NCBI GenBank assembly: GCA_963977015.1
Contig: CAXBMO010000017.1
Span: 80,719-144,718, forward strand
Reading direction: 5' to 3'
DNA: 64,000 nt
DNA from: an uncultured bacterium
Lineage (GTDB): Bacteria > Verrucomicrobiota > Verrucomicrobiia > Verrucomicrobiales > DEV007
Position 1 is the first letter of the stretch. The number at the start of each line of letters is the position of its first letter. Both the position numbers and the translations under genes were made by a program. Positions 1 through 8,333 of this stretch are shown here, one piece after another. The notes below the pieces were generated by a model that was not told where the DNA came from, searched no databases, and saw nothing but the letters and a program-made list of their open reading frames with translations.

Positions 1-203
1 TGGTGAAAATCGACTTCCAGATCGCCATTGGCCTTGATCGTGAGATCGATCAGGCTGTGGCGCGAAAAGAGCGTCAACATGTGATCGAAAAAACCGATCC
101 CGGTTTCGATTTCACATTCACCGGTTCCATCCAGGTTCAGCGAAAGCTGAATCTGAGTTTCGGCGGTATTCCTCTCAATACTTGCGGTACGCGTTTTGGC
201 CAT
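1..203 (-). CDS. hisB: Imidazoleglycerol-phosphate dehydratase (5' part only; runs off window start)
   Basis: Not in ORF track. Manual translation from ATG at 203 gives [67 protein letters not shown], the IGPD N-terminus (RxTx[12 protein letters not shown], GDLxVDxHH). Confidence 0.95.
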   Translation of the reverse strand, partial: MAKTRTASIERNTAETQIQLSLNLDGTGECEIETGIGFFDHMLTLFSRHSLIDLTIKANGDLEVDFH

Positions 204-274
204 TGCAGCTAAATTCGCTCAACTGTACGGCGAAAAGGAGATCGCCGCAAACCGGGCGCGCCGGTAAATCCGGC

Positions 275-1786
275 TTACTCTTCCCCTCCGCCAGCCTGCG
301 CCTTCTTCTTCTTGTCCATGAAGTAGAGCCCGACTGTCACTCCAATCAGCAAAACCGGAACCAGGAAGAGGAAATTGAACCCACCGCCCGAAGATGGTGC
401 GGGTGAAGTTGTCGAAGCCGCCGTTGAACTGGTCTTTTTGGCCGTCGATGAAGTGGAGCTCTTTTTGGGCTCGGGCTTTTTGGGCTTCGCCGCCTCCACA
501 GCAGCCTGTTTCTGGCGAGCCATTTCGGCAATCGCTTGAGACGCAGAAAGGGGTTTGTCTTCACCGTTGGCGGCTTCGGGCGATTCTGCTTCGCCGTCCT
601 TCTTCACGGCATCCGCGATCTTGCTGGCCTCCATCGCATTGCGATCCGCCAGGGCCGCTGCTTTCGCCGCCTTTTCCTCAACCTGAGCAATCTTCGATTG
701 GATTGCGGCCAGAACCTTGAGTGAATTATCCCGCGTATTCTTGGCGCCGCCCTTCACCTTCAGCGCTTCGGCCAACTGCAGCTTCGCTTCTTCAACATTC
801 TCCTCAGCCAACAAGCCCTCCACTTCCCAAAGTTGATCCGCCTGGGCGCGAATGGCTTCCAGATCATACTTCCCAACTCGCTCGATCTCCTTGCGGACAC
901 GATCAATCCCTGACTTCAGGCTCGTTTCATCGACCAAATTCACCGTCGTCCAAAACAGCCCCCGCTTCGTCTCCGCCTCCACTTGTCTTGTGTAGCGCTC
1001 TTTCTCCTGGGCCAGCACTTTCTGGTATTCCGTTTTCTGGTAATTCCCCATCCCCGCCAACGCCTTCTGGCGCTTCGCGATCTCATGCCTTGCATAACCA
1101 ATTTCATTGGTCAGAAAACCACCATACTTGGGCAGAACCTGCCGGGCGAGTTCGACCGCCTCAGGAAAGGCCAACGTCCCTTGATAATTCTTCTCAATCC
1201 GCTCAAACAATCGCAACGCAGCCAATTGCCAGCCCGTCTCTGAGCCTTCCACCACAGAGCGCATCTGGTTCAATGCCGTGTCGGCCTCCATATTCACCCG
1301 GTGCGAAAGCTGCTCACTGGGACTCAACCACTCACTGCGGAACTTGCGGAACCCGAGCTCCACCTTCTTTCGCTCGTCTTCCAGCTGAGCGATGACCTTC
1401 TCGATTTTGTCTTTGCGAGAACTCTCAGGATACTTCTCCAAGAACTCTTGGGGCCTTTTGATGAGCTGATCGTACTCATTGACGGTCAGACCAGGGGCGG
1501 TGGGAATCACCTTAATCGCCACCTCATAGGCAAAATCTTCCGGCGTGGTCCGCTCGATCCGCTCGATCTGGATTTTTTTGTAAAGCTTGGTGTCCTTGAT
1601 CGTTCCCGTGATGATGCTGATTCGAACATCATCGTCGGTTTCCGTGGTGATTTTGCCGCTAACGACCGTGCCGTCCTTCAGATAAATTTTGTCCGCCCAG
1701 GCAGATGGAATGGCAGAAAGAAGGGCAACAGCCAAGAGCCATTGGGCGATCAGCTTGCATTGGGGCAACAGAGAAAAACGGGTCAT
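275..1786 (-). CDS. Exported protein with C-terminal membrane anchor (possibly verrucomicrobial PTPDL-family-like)
   Basis: Sec signal ending SAWA|DKIYLKDG; helical body; S/T/K/P-rich linker; SSGGG + TM helix + KKKK. The segment IPTAPGLTVNEY resembles the PTPDL family motif, recalled from memory only. Confidence 0.6.
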   Translation of the reverse strand: MTRFSLLPQCKLIAQWLLAVALLSAIPSAWADKIYLKDGTVVSGKITTETDDDVRISIITGTIKDTKLYKKIQIERIERTTPEDFAYEVAIKVIPTAPGLTVNEYDQLIKRPQEFLEKYPESSRKDKIEKVIAQLEDERKKVELGFRKFRSEWLSPSEQLSHRVNMEADTALNQMRSVVEGSETGWQLAALRLFERIEKNYQGTLAFPEAVELARQVLPKYGGFLTNEIGYARHEIAKRQKALAGMGNYQKTEYQKVLAQEKERYTRQVEAETKRGLFWTTVNLVDETSLKSGIDRVRKEIERVGKYDLEAIRAQADQLWEVEGLLAEENVEEAKLQLAEALKVKGGAKNTRDNSLKVLAAIQSKIAQVEEKAAKAAALADRNAMEASKIADAVKKDGEAESPEAANGEDKPLSASQAIAEMARQKQAAVEAAKPKKPEPKKSSTSSTAKKTSSTAASTTSPAPSSGGGFNFLFLVPVLLIGVTVGLYFMDKKKKAQAGGGEE

Positions 1787-1961
1787 TTGGGAAGTCGATG
1801 GAGTTTGGTCTTACGGTAGAAAAAGACGTATTCAGAGGGTCTTTATCATAAACCAATTTTACCCAATCATGCCAATCCTTAATTCGATCGATTCCAAACC
1901 GGGATTTTCGTGATGCCAGAGTGTTGCCAAAGGTGGAATCATCGTAGAGTGAAGACCTTCC

Positions 1962-2579
1962 ATGATTCTCGCGATCGAGACCTCAACTCCCAATGCCCAC
2001 CTCGCGGTTCTCAGCCCCGACGGGTCTGACGTCGTCTTCGAAACGCGGTTTCACTCGGACCGAGCCCACAATTCGCGCATCTTTGATCCGCTCAAGGAAA
2101 CCCTCGACGCCGCCCCCCAACTTTCGCGCCTCGTGGTGGGAACGGGGCCCGGCTCCTACAGCGGAGTTCGCGTCGGAATCGCGATCGCCAACGGACTCGC
2201 CGTAGCCAAAGGAGCCGGTGTTATCGGCCTGCCCTCCATTTGCACCCTGCTGCCCGATGGGTTGGTCGTGGGCGATGCCCGCCGAAACGCCTTTTTCGTG
2301 GCTGAAATTGCCGGCCATCAGATGGTTTCGGCTCCGGAAATTCACTCCGGCGACGAATTCACGAAGCTGGTCCACCAGGCACTCACCGATGGCACCAGGG
2401 TCGTGACGATGGATGCGAAACCGCCGCTTGGGATCGCCGGGATCGAAATCCAATCCCCCAGCGCGACCAAGCTGGGCGCCCTCGCCGCAGAATTGGCGAT
2501 TCCCGATCAAGCGATCGAACCGGTCTACGTTCGCGAGCCCTACATCACCAAGGAAAAACCGAAAGCGGCCCTCGGTTAG
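1962..2579 (+). CDS. tsaB: tRNA threonylcarbamoyladenosine biosynthesis protein TsaB
   Basis: MILAIETST start, GPGSYSGVRVG, DARR and EPVYVR motifs of YeaZ/TsaB. Confidence 0.93.
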   Translation: MILAIETSTPNAHLAVLSPDGSDVVFETRFHSDRAHNSRIFDPLKETLDAAPQLSRLVVGTGPGSYSGVRVGIAIANGLAVAKGAGVIGLPSICTLLPDGLVVGDARRNAFFVAEIAGHQMVSAPEIHSGDEFTKLVHQALTDGTRVVTMDAKPPLGIAGIEIQSPSATKLGALAAELAIPDQAIEPVYVREPYITKEKPKAALG

Positions 2580-2627
2580 GGCGCCGATTGTGAGGTGGCT
2601 GAAAAAGTGTTGCCAGGTTTTCCAAGA

Positions 2628-3269
2628 CTATGGCTGAAACTCTTCGGATCTCTCATTCCATTCCCAAAGAGTGGACAAAAGAGCATCTACTCCGCCTACC
2701 GAACCCATCGAGACGCTAAATGCTGTCGTGGAATTCAGATAGTGTTGTGATATTCGATTCAAAACACTATCCAACGCAGTCAACGCTTCCCTGATTTTCT
2801 GTCTAGTCGTCTCGGGTAGTGGTTCCGTTCTTCTCCCACCAACTAGCGGCATTTCCCGATGCGCCAATCGCCTATTCCTCCTCACCCTAGCGAATTTGCA
2901 TTTCTCGATTGCATTCTCCACTAGCGTATCCACTTCATTTTTCAATTTCCTGTCAGTAATATTTCTGGAGAACCTCTTCACTGTCAGCGTTTCGTTCCCT
3001 GCGACCGTAACATTGTCAGTTATTCGACAAATATGGAGGACCACATCCTCTATCATCATTCTCTGAGTGTTATGAAAAAATGCCGGCGCAACCTTGTTAA
3101 GTAAATTGATAACTTCGGGCGTGTCCGCAAACAGACTTTCGTAGTCGTTCCACTTTAGATGAATCCAAGTAAGCTGATTTCGAAGGTCATCGTACAGTTC
3201 TCCGAGGTTCTCGCCCATCTGTGCGATGCACTCTTCCCTTATTTCTTCTGGTGACTTTATCCTGCTCAT
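2628..3269 (-). CDS. HEPN-superfamily protein (AbiU2-like), putative RNase
   Basis: All-helical ~213 aa protein with an R-x4-6-H motif (RNRRLAH) and LLNKVAPAFF / LHICRITD segments reminiscent of AbiU2-type HEPN. Probable ATG at 3269 (track starts at 3290). AT-rich relative to flanks. Confidence 0.65.
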   Translation of the reverse strand: MSRIKSPEEIREECIAQMGENLGELYDDLRNQLTWIHLKWNDYESLFADTPEVINLLNKVAPAFFHNTQRMMIEDVVLHICRITDNVTVAGNETLTVKRFSRNITDRKLKNEVDTLVENAIEKCKFARVRRNRRLAHREMPLVGGRRTEPLPETTRQKIREALTALDSVLNRISQHYLNSTTAFSVSMGSVGGVDALLSTLWEWNERSEEFQP

Positions 3270-3479
3270 CACATTGTTGCCAAAACGCAAGGATCTGAAA
3301 ATCCTCCTCAGTCCTCGCTTATTCCCTCACTAAAGCAGAATTCTGTCAGCCTGCAAAAACCATTAAGGAATTCTTGACTTTAAGGATTTTTGAAACTAGA
3401 TCTGCGGCCGCAGCGAAACCGGCAATCATCAAATCTCAAATTCAATAGGGCAATCGACGCGTTGATCCATTGATCGTCT

Positions 3480-3717
3480 ATCCCAACGGGATTGCGCACC
3501 ACAAGCCCAAGGTTACCGCCGGCTACCTTGGGCCCGATCCCCGAAAGAGGAATCAATCCTGAAGGGCTTGTGGAAAGGTGAGGAGATGAAGGAGCAGGCC
3601 GGCAACGAAGATTTCGCAACCACGGTGTGGTTGATGGCTCATGGCGACGGTGTTCCTGGAGTAGGCCGCTTCGCTGGGCCAACCCCAGGCTTTCCCTGCG
3701 CAACGGCGTTGCCGTTG
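3480..3717. repeat. Degenerate REP/MITE-like palindrome cluster
   Basis: Hairpins ATCCC-aac-GGGAT (3480-3492), GCCCAAGG..CCTTGGGC (3505-3533), CAACCAC-ggt-GTGGTTG (3617-3633), CCTGG..CCAGG (3655-3689) and CAACGGC-gtt-GCCGTTG (3701-3717) in an intergenic region. Confidence 0.65.
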
Positions 3718-3887
3718 TTCCCTTGTGGCTGGCGGCTTCGCTAAGCCATCCCAGTCGGTTAGTTTGACATCCGGAGATACTTCGATTCGGAGATCCGGTA
3801 GGGCGATGTGGTTTGGGCGCGCGATGAGGTGACCGATAAGGAGGGCAGGAAGAAGGTGCTTTCCTGAAATCCCTGATGGAGTCCTGG

Positions 3888-5618
3888 CTAGGTCAGAGCC
3901 AGCCAGACTGGACCAAACGGCGGAAGCTCGATGGCTTTGCCGGGTTCCACCATCGCTCCGCTGAGCACTTCCCGGGTTGATTCCACGGGATCCGATCCAG
4001 AGACACAATCGCTCCAATTCACGGTCAACGGTTTGGCGGTCAAATTGGCGAGGCAGACAATCGTTTCGGAGCCATCGTGTGCCTTGCGAACGAAGCCAAA
4101 GCACGCTTTCCCGAGGTCGAGAACCTCCATGGCCGCTTCCGGATGGAACGCGGGATGGTTTTGCCGCCGAATCAGCCAGCTCGTCAGGATATCGAAAATT
4201 TTGCTCTGTTTTCCCTCCCGATCGTCCAGCACTTCATTCAGTTGATCCAATTTATACTGGCGGCGATTCAGGGTTCGGTTGCGCTTGGTCTCTTCGAAAC
4301 CCTCAACCCAGTTTGGCGTTCCCAACAAACTGTGAATGTAGAGTGCGGGAACGCCGCGCATCGCCAGCATGATTGCCTGTGAACAGAGGAAGCGGGCAAT
4401 GCTGGTTTCCTCGTCACCCGGTTCGCTCATGGCATCGACGTAGGTGATGTTCAGCTCATAGGGCCGCTTTGAGCCATCCGGCATGGAGCGCTGCGAGACT
4501 TTTCCGCCACGCTTCTTGACCTGACCAACCACCCAATCCAATTCCGAGTCGTCCAGGATTCCCTGCAAGGGGCGAACGCCAACTCCGTCGTGCGACGCGG
4601 TGAAGTTGAGAAAGGTCTGCCCTTCGGGAAGGTCCGGAAGCGTCTTGGCCCAACCGGTGAGATGAGATCCATCCCCACGCAACAGGGCATGCAGCAACAG
4701 CGGAGGCAGGCTGAAATTGTAAACCATGTGCGCCTCATCCCCATCGCCAAAGTAGCTCACATTCTCTTCGTGCGGCACATTTGTTTCGGTTAGCACGACG
4801 ACGTGAGGAGCGACGACTTCGAGGACGTCGCGAATCAGCTTCACCACTTCATGCGTCTCGGGAAGATGCAGGCAATTGGTTCCAATCTCCTTCCAAAGAA
4901 ATGCCACCGCATCGAGCCGCAGAATGCGGACACCTTTGGCGACGTAGAGAAACAGGATGTCGAGAAATTCGAAGAGCACGTTCGGATCCTTCCAATTCAG
5001 ATCGACCTGATCCGCGCTGAAGGTTGTCCAAACGTTCTGATTGCCCCCACGCGTCGCCACCGTGGTTAAAAGCGGAGTTTCTCTCGGCCTAACGACTTCC
5101 GATAGATCCACGCTTTTGTCTGCGGTGACAAAATATCCCAAGCCCGGCTCCACTCCGGTAACGAATTGACGGAACCAAGGGCTCTCGCTCGAACAATGAT
5201 TCAAGACCAGATCGAACATCAGCGAAAAGTCGCTCCCCAGGTCTTCAATGTCTCTCCACCCCCCGTATTCCTCTTTCACCTCACGGTAGTCCACCACACT
5301 GAATCCATCGTCCGAGGTCCAGGGGCAAAAGGGAAGAATGTGAACCGTCCGAATCGCATTCTTCAGCCGTTCGCACAAAAATCCCCGCAGCGTTCGCAAG
5401 GGATTCTCTCCGCCCTGAACCGTATCGGCATAAGTGATCAGCACCGTATCATTCTCGGTCCAAAGCGGCGTTTTGGGTGGCGAAACTTCGCCCACGCCAT
5501 AGCGACCTAACATCATTTCGAAGCGCCGAATCAACTTTGGCGCCATTTCGACTCCATAGAGCCGTTCAAGACGGGCTTGGATTCGGTTGGATTGGCCTTT
5601 GCCTAGTACAATGCTCAT
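3888..5618 (-). CDS. GH13_18 sugar phosphorylase, probably glucosylglycerate phosphorylase (YcjM-like)
   Basis: LITYAD, SDDGFSVVDY, DLVLNH, WTTFSADQVDLN, RLDAVAF (nucleophile), TETNVP (acid/base), ASHDG and PYELNITY. Probable ATG at 5618. Confidence 0.88.
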   Translation of the reverse strand: MSIVLGKGQSNRIQARLERLYGVEMAPKLIRRFEMMLGRYGVGEVSPPKTPLWTENDTVLITYADTVQGGENPLRTLRGFLCERLKNAIRTVHILPFCPWTSDDGFSVVDYREVKEEYGGWRDIEDLGSDFSLMFDLVLNHCSSESPWFRQFVTGVEPGLGYFVTADKSVDLSEVVRPRETPLLTTVATRGGNQNVWTTFSADQVDLNWKDPNVLFEFLDILFLYVAKGVRILRLDAVAFLWKEIGTNCLHLPETHEVVKLIRDVLEVVAPHVVVLTETNVPHEENVSYFGDGDEAHMVYNFSLPPLLLHALLRGDGSHLTGWAKTLPDLPEGQTFLNFTASHDGVGVRPLQGILDDSELDWVVGQVKKRGGKVSQRSMPDGSKRPYELNITYVDAMSEPGDEETSIARFLCSQAIMLAMRGVPALYIHSLLGTPNWVEGFEETKRNRTLNRRQYKLDQLNEVLDDREGKQSKIFDILTSWLIRRQNHPAFHPEAAMEVLDLGKACFGFVRKAHDGSETIVCLANLTAKPLTVNWSDCVSGSDPVESTREVLSGAMVEPGKAIELPPFGPVWLALT

Positions 5619-5688
5619 GGTCAGTTGAACCGGAAATAAGCACACTTTTACCGAGTGGCGAATCCCCGATTCAAGAAAAGCCAGAGCG

Positions 5689-6711
5689 CTAACCCGGCTT
5701 CAAGACCGACTTGACCACTTCGCCTTGGTGCATTTTTTCGAAGGCCGTCTTCCATTCCGAGACGGGCCAGACTCCGCCGATAATCGGTTTCACATCAAAC
5801 TGGCCACTGGCGAGCAATCGAATCACGCGCTCCCAAATCGGCCAGTTGTGACTGAAACTTCCCTGGAGGGTGATGTTTTTCTGAACCAGAGGATCGAGGT
5901 TGTACCCCAGCGGCTGGGGGCCCCACCCTACCTTGCTGATCCAGCCAGCAGGTCGAACCAGGTTCAGCGCGATCTGCAACGTGGCGCTGGCTCCAGCGGC
6001 GTCGATCACCCCATCACATCCCAATCCATCCCGCTCCAAGGCCCAGGACCCGGCATCTCCCACGATGACTTCACAGCCGTATTGTTTGGCGATTTCCAGT
6101 CGGTGCCGATCGTTCTCCAAACCAACGATCGCAACTTCCGCTCCGCAAAGTCGAGCCATCCCGGCACACAGAATTCCAATCGTTCCCGGCCCCAGCACCA
6201 CAATGCGATCCCCCGGTTCGATACGCGCGTTTTTGACCGTGGCATTGTAGGCAACGCAGCACGGCTCGGTCAGACATGCCTGCTCGAACGGCAAGCTGTC
6301 GGGAATTCGATGAAGGACCCGCGCCGGCACGCGGACATGCTTTGTCATGGCCCCATCCACTCCGTAACCAAATCCCTTCCGGGTTGGGTCGAGATTGTAG
6401 AGACCTTGTCGCGTCATCGGATTGTCCGCACCGATGATGGCGGCGGTTTCGCTGACGACCCGATCACCTTCCTCCCATCCTTCCACGTCTTTGCCGACTT
6501 CCACGACATAGCCGCCAAACTCGTGCCCCAACACCACCGGATAGTTGACCGGCCAGGAATGATCTGCGGTCCATTGATGAAGATCGCTCCCGCAAACGCC
6601 GACATTGGCGACTTCAACGAGGACGTCCTGCGCCCCAATCTCCGGTTTTTCGATCTCCCGAATTTCAACAGAACCTTTCTCAGGAGCAAAGTTAACGACA
6701 GCGGCATTCAT
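5689..6711 (-). CDS. Zinc-dependent medium-chain dehydrogenase (sorbitol/threonine dehydrogenase-like)
   Basis: GVCGSDLH and GHEFGG catalytic Zn motifs, LTEP, and GPGTIG Rossmann motif. Confidence 0.9.
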   Translation of the reverse strand: MNAAVVNFAPEKGSVEIREIEKPEIGAQDVLVEVANVGVCGSDLHQWTADHSWPVNYPVVLGHEFGGYVVEVGKDVEGWEEGDRVVSETAAIIGADNPMTRQGLYNLDPTRKGFGYGVDGAMTKHVRVPARVLHRIPDSLPFEQACLTEPCCVAYNATVKNARIEPGDRIVVLGPGTIGILCAGMARLCGAEVAIVGLENDRHRLEIAKQYGCEVIVGDAGSWALERDGLGCDGVIDAAGASATLQIALNLVRPAGWISKVGWGPQPLGYNLDPLVQKNITLQGSFSHNWPIWERVIRLLASGQFDVKPIIGGVWPVSEWKTAFEKMHQGEVVKSVLKPG

Positions 6712-6714
6712 GAG

Positions 6715-7410
6715 TTAGTTGGATACGGTTTGTGCATGGACGGCTTCGCAAATCAGGCGGAGCGAGCTTTCCAGATCGCCATCAGCGGTTTTGAACGCAT
6801 CGGCATCGATCGTCAGCGGAGCCCCGAGAACGACCAGCGGCGCCCCGTATCCGGGACATTCAATCGCCTGTTCCAGGCTCAGGCCACCGACGGCTTGAAC
6901 CGGGACCTTGACCGCTTTCACCACGTCTCGAAGCTGATCCAGCGGGCTGGGCATGCGGTTACCAGCCGCGGCGATTCCCCGGCGTTCATCATAACCAATG
7001 TGATGAATCACGTAGTCACAGCCGAGCTGCTCGAGACGCTTTGCTCCCTCCACCATGTCCGCGCTAACCATGTTATCCCCCATCACCTCACAGCCAAAAT
7101 CACGCCCCGCCTTCACCACGCATTTGATCGTTTCCTCGTGAGCCTGCGCCATTACCACGACATGGGTTGCGCCCGCTTTCGCCATCATCTCGGCTTCCAG
7201 ATAACCGCCATCCATCGTCTTGAGATCCGCGACAAGCGGCACCTTGGGAAACGCTTCGCGCAATTTGCGAACGCCGTGCAATCCTTCCGCCAAAATGAGC
7301 GGGGTTCCGGCCTCCAGCCAATCGACTCCGGCACGCATGGCCAATTCCGCCGTCTCCAGCGCTTCATCAATCTTCGTGAGGTCCAGAGAAATCTGAACGA
7401 GGGGTTTCAT
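6715..7410 (-). CDS. 3-hexulose-6-phosphate synthase / KGPDC family (OMP decarboxylase superfamily) enzyme
   Basis: QISLD, WLEAGTPLI, VADLKTMDGG and HIGYD motifs. Probable start MKPLVQ at 7410. Confidence 0.88.
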   Translation of the reverse strand: MKPLVQISLDLTKIDEALETAELAMRAGVDWLEAGTPLILAEGLHGVRKLREAFPKVPLVADLKTMDGGYLEAEMMAKAGATHVVVMAQAHEETIKCVVKAGRDFGCEVMGDNMVSADMVEGAKRLEQLGCDYVIHHIGYDERRGIAAAGNRMPSPLDQLRDVVKAVKVPVQAVGGLSLEQAIECPGYGAPLVVLGAPLTIDADAFKTADGDLESSLRLICEAVHAQTVSN

Positions 7411-7469
7411 CCCTTGAGATGCCACAGGCCAGCGAACCTGCCAAGCAACGTTCCTCGCGATTTTTTTGT

Positions 7470-8306
7470 CTAGGCCAGTTGGTATGCCTCTGTGGCAGTC
7501 CCACCCATGATCCAGGCTTGCTCCGTAGTTGAAAGCTTCGAAGTCCAGCTTCTCACGGTTTCGATCCAGCGATGGTAGTCACTGGCCAACAGACAAACCG
7601 GCCAGTCCGACCCGAACATGAGTCGATCGGGGCCAAACGCCTCCAACACCGTCTCGAAATACGGCTGAAGGAGTTGAGGCGACCAGTTCACCCCTTCGAC
7701 AACTTCGGTGACCATCCCGGAGACTTTGCAATAAACATTGCCGCGCCGGGCGATCTCTCGCATTCCACTCACCCACGCCGGATCGGGAGTGTCCGTCTCA
7801 ATCCTGGGTTTCGCGATGTGGTCAATCACGAAAACCTGCCCTTCATGTTGATCCACAAATGCCGGTGTGTGGGGCAAATGAAAATGCTTGATCAAGATGT
7901 CATAGACAAATCCGTAGTTGTGCAGCATCGCGACTCCACGATTGAAGTCTTCGCGCAACATGTATCGCTCGTCGGACTCACCCTGAAGGACGTGGCGAAA
8001 ACCTTTGATCAGAGGCTCCATGGAACACTTCTCCAACGCATCGCCGACCTTGGGATCCGTCAGCTCGATCCAACCAACGACGCCCTTGATGAAAGGATGC
8101 TTTTTCCCAAATGCGAGCAAGGATTCCGTTTCCTCGGGAATCGTTCGCGCTTGGACGGAAACGACGCCATCCAGCCCCTCGCTTTCCGCGATTTCCAGCA
8201 GGTCACCCGGCCCGAAATCGCGTTTCAGCACATCCATTCCCTCACCAATCCACCCATACTGTTCGGGGCTATACTTCCAGAAATGATGATGGGAATCGAT
8301 AGTCAC
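7470..8306 (-). CDS. Amidohydrolase_2 family sugar lactonase (L-fuconolactonase-like)
   Basis: IDSHHHFW, GFRHVLQ, IDHIAKP, CKVSG and FGPDRLMFGSDWPV motifs. GTG start. Confidence 0.88.
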   Translation of the reverse strand: MTIDSHHHFWKYSPEQYGWIGEGMDVLKRDFGPGDLLEIAESEGLDGVVSVQARTIPEETESLLAFGKKHPFIKGVVGWIELTDPKVGDALEKCSMEPLIKGFRHVLQGESDERYMLREDFNRGVAMLHNYGFVYDILIKHFHLPHTPAFVDQHEGQVFVIDHIAKPRIETDTPDPAWVSGMREIARRGNVYCKVSGMVTEVVEGVNWSPQLLQPYFETVLEAFGPDRLMFGSDWPVCLLASDYHRWIETVRSWTSKLSTTEQAWIMGGTATEAYQLA

Positions 8307-8333
8307 GAGACTTGGTCCACTGAAAGCATACGG

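Noticed and set aside
3-212. 69-aa plus-strand ORF
   Set aside because: Antisense shadow of hisB.
2608-3282. TGTTGCCA direct repeats flanking the HEPN gene; possible target-site duplication or integron cassette ends
   Set aside because: Only 8 bp, also present at 1922; the AT-rich tract extends beyond it; no proper attC core/inverse-core pair.
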